Source: Chiloscyllium plagiosum (taxonomy: Eukaryota). Taken from it: DNA of 64,000 nucleotides. How positions within the stretch are numbered: the stretch's first letter is position 1; every line of letters begins with the position of its first letter. The position numbers and the translations under genes were made by a program. The DNA lies in NCBI RefSeq assembly GCF_004010195.1, contig NC_057744.1, forward strand, positions 29,253,055-29,317,054, read 5' to 3'. Shown one piece after another: positions 13,311 through 25,482 of this stretch. The notes under the pieces were generated by a model. The model saw only the letters and a list, made by a program, of their open reading frames with translations, was not told the DNA's origin and did not search any database.

Positions 13311-13549
13311 TTATAACTGCAGGTTTCGAGAGGATGCCACAGTGTTCTTCCTCACTGTCTTTAGGGTCTTTGAACTGCTGATGTAAACACCAGCCATGGG
13401 TGGAGGTGGAGGTGGGTAAAAAAATCCACTCAAAGTACATTAACAAAAAAAACTATAATTTCTCTCTGCCTCTCTGGATTTTGGATCTTTGCCTAGCACT
13501 AAACCAGTGTCAAGTTTATTTGAGCACCCCTCCACTTTGGCATCCAATA

Positions 13550-13990
13550 AGTTTAAAAGGTATTTAGATGGGTATATGAATTAGAAGGTTTAGAAGCGTA
13601 TGGGCCAAGTGCTGGCAGGTCGGACTAGATTGGGTTGGGATATCTGGTCAGCATGGACGGGTTGGACTGAAGGGTCTGTTTCTGTGCTGTACATCTCTAT
13701 GACTCTATGAGTCTATGAGAGTTTGAGGAAAAGAGTCAGGCAACGTCTATTGCTGTTTCATGTCTATTGGGTGGTACGTGTATGGAATGAGCTGCCAGAG
13801 GATGTGGTGGAGGCTGGTATAATTGTAACATTTAAGAGGCATTTGGATGGGAATAAGAATAGGAAGGGCTTGGAGGGATATTGGCCGGGTGCTGGAAGGT
13901 GGGATTAGATTGGGTTGGGATATCTGGTCGGCATGGACAGGTTGGACCGAAGAGTCTGTTTCCATGCAGTACATCTCTATGACTCTATAT
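13550..13990 (+). mobile_element. Two adjacent CR1/HER1 3' ends (13550-13715 and 13768-13990)
   Basis: ORF VVRVWNELPEDVVEAG...FKRHLD; both end in CATCTCTATGACTCTAT tails. Confidence 0.9.
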
Positions 13991-14524
13991 GCTGGCCCTG
14001 TCATAGACCCAGTGTCAAATGGGGAGGAACCCCCTGAAAATCCTAAGACAAAATAAAGAGGGAGAGATCTGATGCAATGGATCTCCACCTCCTTTTCCTT
14101 TTTTTCCATCTAGGGGCTGTAAAGGCATATAAAATACAAGCTTGATTCCCTTAAATCGTTAAGTTCAGCGGCTGTATAATTCTAATGTGGAGTAAATGTA
14201 ATTGCATGCATGTGACATTGTGATATTTTTCAAGATCTACTTTGCCCAGTTGTCATCTAATCCCTTCTGACAGGTCAAAGGCAAAGATTTCAGGCTGGTG
14301 GAAAGCAATCTAGAAATTATCATTCGGAGTACTCAGTTTTCTCATACTCAGGGTAATAGTCAAATGCCTTCGGCATGGGTTACTGCAGGACTGCTGGATT
14401 TTCTACCTGCTCAAAGTTGATAGCAATTATGAGGCTTGCTCATCACCAGCAGTTTAATACAGGTCTGGAGTGAGGGATTTTGGAAAAGGTGGGATCCTGT
14501 TAGAAAACAACTCACCCACCTTGG

Positions 14525-14593
14525 TTAGGGTTAGGGTTAGGATTAGGGTTAGGGTTAGGGTTAGGGTTAGGGTTAAGGTTAGGGTTAGGATTA
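14525..14593 (+). repeat. Interstitial telomeric repeat (TTAGGG)11
   Basis: 11 hexamers, 8 perfect plus TTAGGA x2 and TTAAGG x1. Confidence 0.97.
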
Positions 14594-15417
14594 CCACCCT
14601 GAGATGTGTAGTGGCTGGTCACTGTAAGCTGAAGCCCTTCCTCCTTGCAGACTCTCATTGTTTTCATTAGCAAATCCACCTCATGGCTTGGCTCTGGGTC
14701 ACATGTGTGGCCCAGAGGAAGTCCTTCAATTAGATGTGTAGGTGTTCTCAATCATGAAGGAGAACTGCTTGGACATCTGTCTTGCATATTGTATCTTGGG
14801 GAATGTATTGTGACAGAGCCTGGAAGCTGTGTGAGGCAGATGTGACTGGTCTTACCACATACGCAGTGCCACGCTGCAGTACAGACGGTCATTGTTCTGT
14901 GAGATGACCTACATGGGAGTTGACAGTGAACATCTGAGTGTTTGACTCCTCCACCAGGCAGACCAACTTCCACTGTCATGTAGGAGGAAATAGAATACTT
15001 CCAAATAGAAGCAACATCACATGAGAAGCAAAGCTGCTGACATTGTGATATCCTGCAACCTGTGACATACTGAGGAATGTCCTTCCTTCTTTCTGACTTG
15101 GACACAGTCAAATTCTATTCCACGTCAGCTGTCTCTACATAAAGCACACAAAAATGTCAATGTATACTTTTGAAATGTTTACTTACTAGTATTCATTTTC
15201 ATTGGTATTTATTTATTGCTATGGCACAGACAGAATTCCCTTCACTTCCTGTGAGCAGTATGTTGTCTAAGTAAGAGGAGCATTTATTATTACCCTCAGA
15301 GTATGGAATCAAATTAAGTAATTTCAGTGACCAGTTTAGTGAATTCAGAGCAAAGAAGGCTATTTAAAGTCAGCCCTGACTTTAAAGCATAGCATCTCAC
15401 ACACGTGCTCCCATATG

Positions 15418-15443
15418 TCACACACACACACACAAACACACAC
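15418..15443. repeat. (CA)n microsatellite
   Basis: Read directly. Confidence 0.9.
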
Positions 15444-15678
15444 GTTACATGTTACTGGTTTAGGGTAAATGGCAAGCTAGCTTTTTTGAATGAAGTTGAT
15501 GCTCTGAAATTGGAATGAGGGTCTTGCAGAGTGAAGGATTCTCTGCAGGTTTTGAAATCTCCTGCAGTCAAATTTCTAAGGTGAACTTTACTTGACTCAG
15601 GCTGAATGAGCCCTTTTCTCTGGAATCTCCTACATATAAGGTATTGCTATTAGAGACTTTGCTTGCCTGAATTATTTG

Positions 15679-15814
15679 CCTGAAGAAGGGCTTATGCCCG
15701 AAACGTCGATTCTCCTGTGATTCCTGAAGAAGGGCTTATGCCCGAAACGTCGATTCTCCTGTTCCCTGGATGCTGCCTGACCTGCTGCGCTTTTCCAGCA
15801 ACACATTTTCAGCT
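15679..15814 (+). mobile_element. 136-bp PLE-derived insertion carrying a tandem pair of minimal hammerhead motifs (family A)
   Basis: Identical 40-mers at 15679-15718 and 15723-15762, each CTGAAGA-A-GGGC-TTAT-GCCC-GAAACGTC; perfect 12-bp TSD CTGAATTATTTG at 15667-15678 and 15815-15826. Confidence 0.9.
15680..15756 (+). ncRNA. Predicted dimeric type I minimal hammerhead ribozyme
   Basis: Two intact cores; ACGU palindromes can form a shared stem III; GUC cleavage triplets end at 15707 and 15751. Confidence 0.7.
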
Positions 15815-15889
15815 CTGAATTATTTGGAGACAGTTTGATAGATTTGGCGGATCTTATGTTGATTTCTAAAGAAGCAGTCAGAAAACACA

Positions 15890-16196
15890 GGGTGGCACCT
15901 TGGCTCAGTGACTAGCACTGCTGCTTGGGTGACTGGGTGGAGGCTGTGCATTCTCTCTGTGTCTGTGTGGGTTTCCTCTGGGTGCTCCGGTTTCCTCCCA
16001 TAGGCTAGTAATATTCAGGTTGGGTGGATTGGCCATGCTAAATTGCCCATAGTGTCTCGGGATGTGCAGACTAGGTGGATTAGCCATGGGAAATGCAGGG
16101 TTACAGGGAGATAGCTCTGAATGCTGTTTGGAGGGTTTGATGTGGACTCATTGGGTTGAACAGCCTGTTTCCAATCTGTAGGGATTCTATGATTCT
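15890..16196 (+). mobile_element. HE1 SINE (internal deletion in tRNA head)
   Basis: TGGCTCAGTG A-box-like head, GTCTGTGTGGGTTTCCTC core, GGGATTCTATGATTCT tail. Confidence 0.9.
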
Positions 16197-16439
16197 TAGG
16201 GCAGCCTCATCATGTGACCTTCCAAAGTTCAAAGTCCTTCCCAAATAAAGGAGTGATATTCATATAGCTTCCTCCATCTGTGTTGCAGGTTAGTGTGCCT
16301 GTTTCAGAACGACCCTCTTACTATCATTTGTGATTAGTTTCAGGGAGGGGGCATTGAATCGTATCGGTTTAGAAAGTTATTTTGTATCGGTCCATCCTTC
16401 AACAAAGAACTTGCCTGGATGGCTCTGCATATCCACATT

Positions 16440-18092
16440 AGAACATACACCATAGAAAAGTACAGCACAGTATAGGCCCTTCAGCCCATGATGTTGTTCC
16501 GAGGATTAATCCTCATCTAAAATAAAATAACCTAACCTACGCTCCCCTCAATTTACTACTGTCCATCTGCATGTCCAGCAGTCACTTAAATGTCTTTAAT
16601 GACTCTGCTTCCACCACCACCGCTGGCAACGCATTCTATGTGCTCACAACTCGCTGCATAAAGAACCTACCTCTGACTTCTCCTCTACATCTGCCTCCTA
16701 ACACCTCAAAACTATGACCCCTCATCCCAGTCAATTCTGCCCTGGAGAAAAGTCTCTGGCTATCGACTCTATCCATGCCTCTCATTACCTTGTACACCTC
16801 GATCAGGTCACCTCTCTTCCTCCTTCTCTCCAGAGAGATAAGTCCCAGCTCAGTCAACCTCTCCTCGTAAGACAAGCCCTCCAGTCCATGCAGCATCCTG
16901 GTAAACCTCCTTTGCACCCCCTCCAAAGCCTCCACATCTTTCCTATAGTAGGGCAACCAGAGCTGGTTACAATATTCCAAGTGCGGTCTCACCTGGGTTT
17001 TGTAGAGCTGCAGCAAAATCTCACGGCTCTTAAACTTGATCCCCCTGTTAATGAAAACCAAAACACCATATGCTTTCTTAACAACCCTATCCACTTGGGT
17101 GGCAACTTTGAGGAATCTATGCACTTGAACACGAAGATCCTGCTGTACCTCCAGAATGCCAAGAATCCTGTCTTTAATCCTATATTCAGCCTTCAAGTTT
17201 GACCTTCCAAAATGCATCACTTCGCATTTATCCAGGTTGAATTCTATCTGCCATTTCTCAGCCTAGCTCTGCATCCTGTCAATGTTGCGCTACAGCCTGA
17301 AATAGCCCTCGATACTATCACAGCACCTCCAACCTTTGTGTCATCGGCAAACCCACCCCTCAACCTCCTCATCCAAGCCATTTATAAAAACTACAAAGAG
17401 CGGAGGCCCAAGAACACAGCCCTGTGGGATACCACTCACCACTGACCTCCAGGCAGAATACTTTCCACCTACAGCCACTCTTTGCTTTCTGTCAGCCAAC
17501 CAATTCTGAATCCAGACCGCCAAATCTCCCTGTATCCCAACCTCCTGACTTTATGAATGAGTCTACAGCTGAAGTCCATGTACACCACATCCTACAGCTC
17601 GACCTTCATCAACCTGACTCGTCACCTCCTCAAAGAACTCAGTAAGATTTGTGAGGCATGACCTGCACCTCACAAAGCCATGCTGACTGTCTTTAATCAT
17701 GCTATGCTTTTCTAAGTAGACATGAATCCTATTTCTCAGAATTTTTTCCAAAACCTTGCTGACCACAGATGTAAGGTCTGTAATTGCCAGGAATTTCCCT
17801 ATTCCCCTTCTTGAACATTCACCTCCCTCCAATCCTCCGGTACGACTTCTGTGGAGAATGAGGAAACAAAGATCTTCGCCAGCAGCTGAGCAACCTCCTT
17901 TCTCACTTCCCGGAACAACCTAGGTTAAATCTGATCTGGCCCTGGGGATTTATCAATCTTAGTATTTGCCAAACTTTCCTGCAAATCCATTTCCTCAATC
18001 TCGATCTGTTCAAGTCTGTTTCCCCACTCCCACTCCTCAAAGTTCTCATTCACAATAAAGTCCTTTTCTTTAGTGAAAACTGAAGCAAAATA
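16440..18092 (-). mobile_element. 5'-truncated CR1/HER1 LINE, RT pseudogene with frameshifts
   Basis: ORFs LTSVVSKVLEKIL..SQHGF..SCLTNLTEFFEEVT, WIQNWL..SGIPQGCVLGP, LYKTQVRPHLEYC..QRRFTRM; CCACATT TSD at 16433-16439 and 18093-18099. Confidence 0.95.
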
Positions 18093-18704
18093 CCACATTT
18101 CATTAGATCTTTGCTTGAGACATCATTTCTGTCACTGAAATGTCAAAAGTTGCATCATTTGCAGGAGCCATTTTAGTAGCCTCTTTCTTTCCAGTTTTTA
18201 AGTGTTTGACTGGAATTTCATAATATACTGGAAAGTAACAAGAGATAAATTTAATCATGACCAAGAATGACCCTTACTGCTGAAGTTTTTGGGCAATGAT
18301 CGCTGAAAAGCCAGGGTTGGATAAATGAGGTGAGAGGTAAATGAAAAATGTCTTTTTATAACAATAATTATGGATTAGCATTTCTTGTAAATTGACTTTT
18401 ATATGAGTAAATATGGTATGCACTGAGAAGTGTATTTCATGTGTTCTAATAAGTGCCAGTGCATACAGTGTGTAGAAAATGCTGAACGAATCAAAGGATA
18501 TAGCCTAGAAATTACATCATGTGAGATCATTGGATAATGTAGAATAGGGATTAGATCAGCAATCTAAAAACAGACTGTTTAATCATCCTCACTTTGCTGT
18601 ATGTGAAGGCCTGCTGAGCACAATTTGGCTGTTTCATTAACAGCACTGAATATGCTCCAAAATTACTTAATCATTGGCTGTCAAGTCCTTTATGATATCA
18701 TGTT

Positions 18705-19045
18705 TTAAATTCTTTGATGTGATGTGCACATCACTGGCAAGACCACCGTCCCTCGTGTCCCTGGAACTGAGTATCTTCCAGGCTATTTCAGAGGGCAGTG
18801 AAGAATTAACAGCATTGCTTCCCTACCAGGGAAGGACAGCAGTTTCCCTCACTAAAGGACATTAGTGAACCAGATGGGTCTTTCCAACAATCAACATCGG
18901 TCATCATGAGTCTCTTTTTACCAGATTTTAATTGAATTCAAATTCCATCATCTGCTATGGCAGGGATTTGGGCCTAAGTCTTCAGAACATTACCTGGGTC
19001 TCTGGATTAATAGTCTAGCAATAACCATTAGGCCACCACCTCTGC
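18705..19045 (-). mobile_element. tRNA-derived SINE sharing the CR1-group LINE tail (second SINE family)
   Basis: Minus head GAGGTGGTGGCCTAATGG...CCAGAGACCCAGG; related copies near 19400-19555, 20150-20410, 23030-23710 (split), 36400-36540 and 41745-42118. Confidence 0.7.
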
Positions 19046-20662
19046 CTGTTGATTGGTGCCTGACAGACAATGGGAGGATCCTTTGAAGCAAGCGATGAGC
19101 TGAAGTCATACAGTACTCACTCTGGCTTCAGTGTCGTGAATTCTTGGTATCCAAATTGCTTCTGATGGGTGGTATGAGAAGAAGCTACTCGGGTGAAGAG
19201 GTGGGACCTGCAGTTAATAAGATCTTTAAAAATCAATAATCCCCCTTAATAGGCAACTTGCCACTGCTGAGTAAGAATCTCCACTCCATAGCTGGAATTC
19301 AGTTGAAAGATGCAGCGAGTTATTCCAAACGTCAAGATAGGCCTCTCACGAATTCTCAGACATTTCTGCCAATATTCCCAACATAGTTCACATCCCAGTT
19401 CAGGTCCCAATTAGATTCCACCATTAGTTATCATTACCGAGGCTAGATTTCAATCCCAGATTTATTCATTTAATTTAAATTCTACCACCTGTGTTGTGCA
19501 GCCAGAGCATTAGCCTGAAGCTCTGAATTAATTGCCAAGAAACATTTGCCACCTTTTAACATGATGAGGTTTCAAATGGTTGCAGTCTGTCTTTCCTCAT
19601 ATTTTTATTGTTGGACTTGTGGAGGGTTGGAGTTAGGACAACAATGTTGTAGCATTGAATCCTTGTCTCACTCTCTGAGACTGTGGATTTCCAAAGCGAG
19701 CCTTGGATTCCCTTCATACATTTTCATAACAGATCCCCTTGCTCACGATTATAATGAGTCAGTAATCTGTTTAAAGTGAGTGCATTATAAGTTACATAAT
19801 AACACTGGTCACTCCATTCTCGTCATCCTATCAATGAGACAGCAAGGGCGATTACCTGGTTTGGTGAAGAAGGCTGTTTGTAAGTTCAGGGTTCACAAGT
19901 AGACTAGATAGACTGAACATTAGCCACATCAAGCCACAATTTACTGACCAGCATTGCCTGTTGTTCTCCCTCCTGACTCAGTATCTGATTCACAGCTGAA
20001 ATTCATTTCACTGCTGACACAGTATGATGCCTGCTATTCAATGAGTCTTTACATAATTCACAAAAAAATCGTTTCGATGAATAATACCTGAAAAAAGAAT
20101 GAGATGGAGTTAGAATGACACTTATGTTACGAGAATAGGATTCCAGAAGATAGAACCTCCAATTCCTGCTGTGACAGTTTGTGAATTTGAATTTTGGAAA
20201 TAAAAGTTAATTATAATTAACAGGGACTTTCATGAGGAAACCTGCTGGTCTTCCACAATCCCACACCGGTGAGGGATTAGCACACAGATAGTGTGCTCTG
20301 AAATTGCCGAGCAAACTATTCAGTTTTTCCAAACCTGTAGGTAGCTAGAGATGGGCAGTAATCGCCAGCCTTGACACTTCCCCCCACAACACAGGAGTTC
20401 ATGAATGAACAACTTGAGGCAGTTAGCAGACCAGGGGTCCGTGGCAGGCTTTGTGATCATGCCTTCCTACTTGGCGTCAGCTACCACCACAGACCATCCC
20501 ACGCCACAAAGGTGGTGTGTCTTCTGAAGTCTGTTTTACATTTTAAAGTCTAAAAGGTGTGTGTGTGCCCCAAAATGGAGGCACCCTCTTTCATGTTTAC
20601 CCTAAATGGCAGTTGCATCAGTGGTGGAAGACCATACCTCCCAGCCCTTAATGCTATAAACA

Positions 20663-20985
20663 GGTGGCATAGCCACTCAATGGTTAGCACTGCTCCCTCA
20701 CAGCACCAGAGACCTGGGTTCGATTCCACCCTCAGGCAACTGTCTGCATAGAGTTTCCTCTGGGAGCTCCAGTTTCCTCCCACAGTCCAAAGGTGTGGAG
20801 GTTATGTGGATTTACCACGCTAAATTGCCCACAGTGTCCATGGATGTTATGGATTAGCCATGGGAAATGCAGGATTACATGAATAAAGAGAGGAAGGGGT
20901 CTGGGTGGGATGCTGTTTTGAAGGTCAGTGTGGACTTGATGGGCTGAATGGCCTGCTTCCACAATGTAGGGATTCTATGATTCTA
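20663..20985 (+). mobile_element. HE1 SINE
   Basis: TGGTTAGCACTGC...GGGTTCGATTCC B-box; GATTCTATGATTCTA tail. Confidence 0.92.
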
Positions 20986-21398
20986 ACTTTTGGAACTGCT
21001 CTTTTGGAACGATGTCAAAGCTTTCCAGCAAGTGTGAAATCGATTGACTGGACCAAAACCCGGGATGCAAGACTATAGTTTAACAGGAAGTGTTTCCACA
21101 GTGTAGGGATTCTCTAAAACAAACAGTGAGCCCACTCTACCGCTTCTAGGATAGTTATGCTGTGAGACTACAATTCCTGTTGTTGGTAACTCTCCCTCAG
21201 CTGTATGCATTTTGCCATGTGACCACAGGAGAAAAAACACTTGAATTGATCCATCACTAACCTTGTAGAACCAACCATTCCTCAGTTGCTGGTTAGCCAC
21301 TTTCACCAATAACTGAATACTCTTCAAACCCTTCATCCCTTGCATTAGTCAAATAGCTGTCCACTGTTGCAGTAACTCATCAGGATGGACATCTCTTC

Positions 21399-21628
21399 AG
21401 TGACAAAAACCCGAACGAACTGCAGATGCTGTAAATCAGAAAGAAGAACAGAAGTTGCTGGAAAAGCTCAGTAGGTCTGGCAGCATCTGTGCAGAGAAAT
21501 CAAAGTCAACATTTTGAGTCCTGTGATCCTTCCCCAGTTCTAAGGAAGGGTTGCTAGTCCCAAAACGCTAACTTTGATTTCTCTTCAGAGATGCTACCTG
21601 CTGGGTTTTTCCAGCAATGTCTGTTTTT
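21399..21628. mobile_element. PLE fold-back insertion (family D) with two decayed hammerheads
   Basis: Inverted arms centred near 21538; 8-bp TSD ATCTCTTC at 21391-21398 and 21629-21636. Confidence 0.8.
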
Positions 21629-22354
21629 ATCTCTTCCTTGACTCCAGGTTGCCACAAATGCGATACCATACCTGGAACTGCACAGCTTAAAACTACCCAC
21701 TCCTGTGATTCTATCAGCAACATCTCCATGTGTCTGTGAAGTTTACTGTCCTCCCATCCCCCAGCACTTTCTTGTGTAAAGGGAACGGCTCTCAGCTGTT
21801 AAAGTTGAAATCAGATGAAATGATGCCTGTGACAGTCGAATATCATGACATATTTCTTAAGAGTGACAAGTAGCCAGGGGTCAGCTGGTAAATATCTGAT
21901 TAATACTGAGGAGCCAAGGAAATATATCAGAGGGGAGTGGAGATAGAAACAAATTAATTGGACATCATTGTGATCCTTCTTCATTCACTCTCAATGTTTT
22001 TGATCATTCTGAATACGTTAAAGATAATTACCCCTCACTGCATACCATTTTCCAGATGAATATTTAGATTTCATGCTCGGCAGCAAATATCTCCATAATT
22101 TGTTCCAATCATAATAGAGTGAAAGCTCCCACACACTCAGTTCCATCTGTGTAATTCCTCCACACACATTTATTCAACAGTAATCACACTAATCTATCTC
22201 AATTTATTCAGGACAAAGAGTCAGACACTAACAGGATTTTACATTACCAATACAAAGCATTTATCAATAAAAATGGCCTTTTAAGACAATTTTCCTATAA
22301 ACAAGCTTACTGTAATCCTGCATGGATGTCATTAATGATTTGTACTGCAGAAGT

Positions 22355-22560
22355 TCATGTATATACCTGTGTTTCTATGTGTTTTATTTGTGTCTGCACC
22401 TCTGCATGTGTAAGGGTGCTTGTATACCTGTAACTGTGGCCTCTGTGATTGTGTCTGTCTCTCTGTGTCTCTGTGACAATGATACTGTGTGTGTAACTGA
22501 GTGTGTGAGTTACTGCATTTCTGTATGTATGTATGGATGTGTCTGAGCACATACACACAA
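22355..22560. repeat. Degenerate TG-rich low-complexity tract
   Basis: Read directly; explains the overlapping Cys/His-rich ORFs. Confidence 0.8.
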
Positions 22561-23140
22561 AGTGCTCATTAAATCTCTGTTTGAGTTAGAGCTGGACTTT
22601 GCCAGCCCTTTGGGGCAGGCTGGGAGATAGTAAGTCTGGGAAAATGGATTAGGAATGCCGTTTTGCCAGGCTGTCTACCCAGAGCCCACAACAAGCCCCA
22701 TAATCTGCCAATGATAAGCCTCTCTCCACATCTGCTGCCATTTTAAAAGATAAACCCCAATGATTGCCTCGTGGAACTTCGGGTAGGTCAGACAGGCCTC
22801 CTTTTCAGATATTCGGACCCACAGAAATGCTCCAAGAGACATTGGTCCTGCCCAAAGCATTGGCTGCCAGCCCTCACTCTCTGGGTTTGACCTGGTCGGC
22901 CTTGTCACTCTGAGACCATTATCCTGTTGGCCTTGGCCAGACTCATGCTATAGCTTCAGCTCCAACAGTGGCTATTGGTCTGGGCCAGCAGTTCTTGGGG
23001 CCTCAATAGAAGGAGCAATATTGGAGGCAACAAATTAATTTGAGTTCAATAAAATTCAGTAGCAAAAAAAATAACCTAATGGCATCCATTTGGCCTCTGC
23101 TGATTGTTGTGAAAACACATCTCGTTCTCTAATGTCCTTC

Positions 23141-23421
23141 ATAGAATCGCTATAGTGTGGAAACAGGCCAATGTGACTCTCTGAAGAGCATCCCACCCAG
23201 ACCCACCACACCACCCCTCATCCTTGTAACCCTGCATTTCCCACAGCTAATCCAACTATATCTTTGGACTCTGGGAAGAAACCGGAGCACTCGGATAAAA
23301 CCCATGCAGACACAGGAAGAATGTGCAAACTCCACACAATCAGTCACCCAAGGTTGGAATTGAACCTGGGACCCTGGTGCTGAGAGGTACCAGTGCTGAC
23401 CACTAAGCCACAGTGCCACCC
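23141..23421 (-). mobile_element. HE1 SINE inserted in a second-family SINE
   Basis: Reverse HE1; host TAATGTCCTTC | TTTAAGGGAGGAAATC resumes after it. Confidence 0.9.
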
Positions 23422-23465
23422 AAAAGGAGATTTCTTTAAGGGAGGAAATCTTTATCAGGTCTGAT

Positions 23466-23655
23466 ACAAAAAAACTGCAGATGCTGGAATCCAAAGTAGA
23501 CAGGTGGGAGGCTGGAAGAACACAACAAGCCAGACAGCTTTAGAAGTCAATGTTTTGGGTGTAACCCTTCTTCAGACTGGGGGTGGATGTAGGGAAAGCT
23601 GCAGATAAAGGGGGAGGCAGGGTGGTGAAGTGGGGATTGGTGAAGATAGGCAGAG
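23466..23655 (-). mobile_element. PLE 3' terminus (family C) with decayed hammerhead
   Basis: Minus strand CTGAAGA(23575-23569) A GGGT TAC ACCC AAAAC ATT; C-rich 3' UTR. Confidence 0.8.
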
Positions 23656-23939
23656 GCAATAAATGGTGGACTAGACAGTGTTGCTCTCATCCCATGAATG
23701 AATAAAAAAAATTGAAAACCACCAGAAATGTGCAAACCCTGGGACCCATTGCTCCTATTTTGGTTGCAGTGGAAGGGGCTCTGTTGTCTACATGAAATTA
23801 AGCCCCATATCGCAGAGATTGATTTGTCTATATATTTGTGTCTGACTGTGTTTGTACGTGTATCTCATAGTAAGGCATAAACTCAAGCTCAGTTTTGGAC
23901 TTTAGGACTTGGAAATGCAGATGGACCAGGTGGGAGAAC

Positions 23940-24822
23940 ACGGATTTCAATGTCAGAAAATAGGTCGGATATCCTCTTACTGCTCTATTCCTCCCTGACT
24001 CCCTTCCTAGCTCCTCCCCCTCTCTGCCATTGCTCCCTTCTACCAACTGGTTCATTCCTCCCGGGTCATACCCTCTACCTGTCTTCACCCATCTCCACTT
24101 CACCACCCTGCCCCCACCACCCCCTTTATCTGCAGCTCCTCCCCACACCCTCCCCCAGTCCTGAAGAAGGGTCACACCCAAAATGTCGACTTCTCCACCT
24201 CCTGTTTCAGCTGCATTGAGAATACTGTGTACAGTTCTGGTCGCCGCATTACCAAAAGGATGTGGACGCTTTGGAGAGGGTGCAAAGAAGGTTTACGAGG
24301 ATGTTGCCTGGTATGGAAGGTGCTAGTTATGAAGAGAGGTTGAGTAGGTTAGGTTTATTTTCATTAGAATAAAGGAAATTGAGGGGGGACCTGATTGAGG
24401 TTTATAAACCCATGAAGGGTATAGGCAGGGTGGATAGAGACAAGCCATTTTCCCAGGGTGAAGGATTCAATAATGAGAAGTCACACATTCAAGATGAGAG
24501 GTGGAAAGTTTAAGGGGGATACATGCGGCAAGTACTTCACACAGTGGGTGGTGGGCGTTTGGAACACATTGCCAGCGGGGGTGATAAAGGCAGGTACGGT
24601 AGATTCATTTAAGATGCGTCTGGATAAATGCATGAGTAGGTGGGATGCAGAGGGATACAGATGCTTAGGAATTGACCAACAGGTTTAGGCAGTAGATTTG
24701 GATCGACTCAGGCTTGGAAGGCTGAAGGGCCTGTTCCTGGGCTGTAAATTTTCTTTGTTCTTTTCTTTTTACTTTGATGCCGCCTGGCTTGCTGTGTTCT
24801 TCCAGCCTCCTACCTGTCTACT
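23940..24822 (+). mobile_element. PLE 3' terminus (family C) interrupted by CR1
   Basis: C-rich UTR, CTGAAGA 24161-24167 AGGGTCACACCC AAAATGTCGAC; resumes ATGCCGCCTGGCTTGCTG at about 24777. Confidence 0.8.
24205..24775 (+). mobile_element. CR1/HER1 LINE 3' fragment
   Basis: [26 protein letters not shown] and KYFTQWVVGVWNTLP motifs; TTCTTTG tail. Confidence 0.93.
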
Positions 24823-25056
24823 GTATTCCATAATTTTCTATAATTTTATATATAACTGCCACAAGAAAGAACCAAAGCCAATAAGAGTGGCCATTGATTG
24901 TCTCTGATCTGACGTTACTGTAAGAAAGACTAGATGTGATTCCCTCCTTGGTGAGACAATGCTCTCCACCTACTTTTCTTCTACCAGGAGCACAAGAAAA
25001 TCAACCCTTCAGCTTTCTGTTCAAATGTAAAAGTATTCAAGTCTTGTATTTATATA

Positions 25057-25267
25057 CCAAGAGAGCAAAAATTGCTTGAGAAACTCAGCAGATCTGGCAG
25101 CATCTGTGGAGTAGAAACAGAGTTAACATTCTGAAGAAGGGTCATTGGACTCAAAACATTAGCTCTGTTTTTTTTTCTCTACAGTTGCTGCCAGGTCTGC
25201 TGAGTTTCTCCAGCAATTTCTGGTTCTGTTTGTTTCAGATCTCCAGCACCTAATATTCTTGTTGTAA
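25057..25267. mobile_element. PLE fold-back insertion (family D)
   Basis: Right arm starts at CTGAAGA 25131-25137; TCTTGTATTT duplicated at 25042-25051 and 25268-25277. Confidence 0.8.
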
Positions 25268-25440
25268 TCTTGTATTTCTACAGCCTCTTCCACAACCTCA
25301 GGTCATTCCAAAGTGTTTCACAGCCAATTAACCACTTTTTGAAGTGGAGTCAATGCAGGAAACATAAAAACCAGTTTGCCCACAAACAGCTCCCACAAGC
25401 AGCAGAGTGATAATGAGCAAAGTATTTTTTTCCAAAATAA
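25268..25440 (-). mobile_element. SacSINE1/DeuSINE-like 3' part
   Basis: CTTGTATTT..CACAACCTCAGG..CAGCCAAT..CTCCCACAAGCAGCA. Confidence 0.65.
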
Positions 25441-25482
25441 TAGAAATGCTCAACACCAGATGACAAACTGTCCTAAATTTTC

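Noticed and set aside
14470-14751. ORFs with (VR)n and (NP)n repeats
   Set aside because: Translations of the telomeric array
15679-15762. CRISPR-like repeat-spacer reading of the two identical 40-mers
   Set aside because: Only two units with a 4-nt spacer, in a vertebrate context; explained by a PLE hammerhead duplication
16714-17202. 162-aa plus-strand ORF
   Set aside because: Antisense shadow of CR1 ORF2
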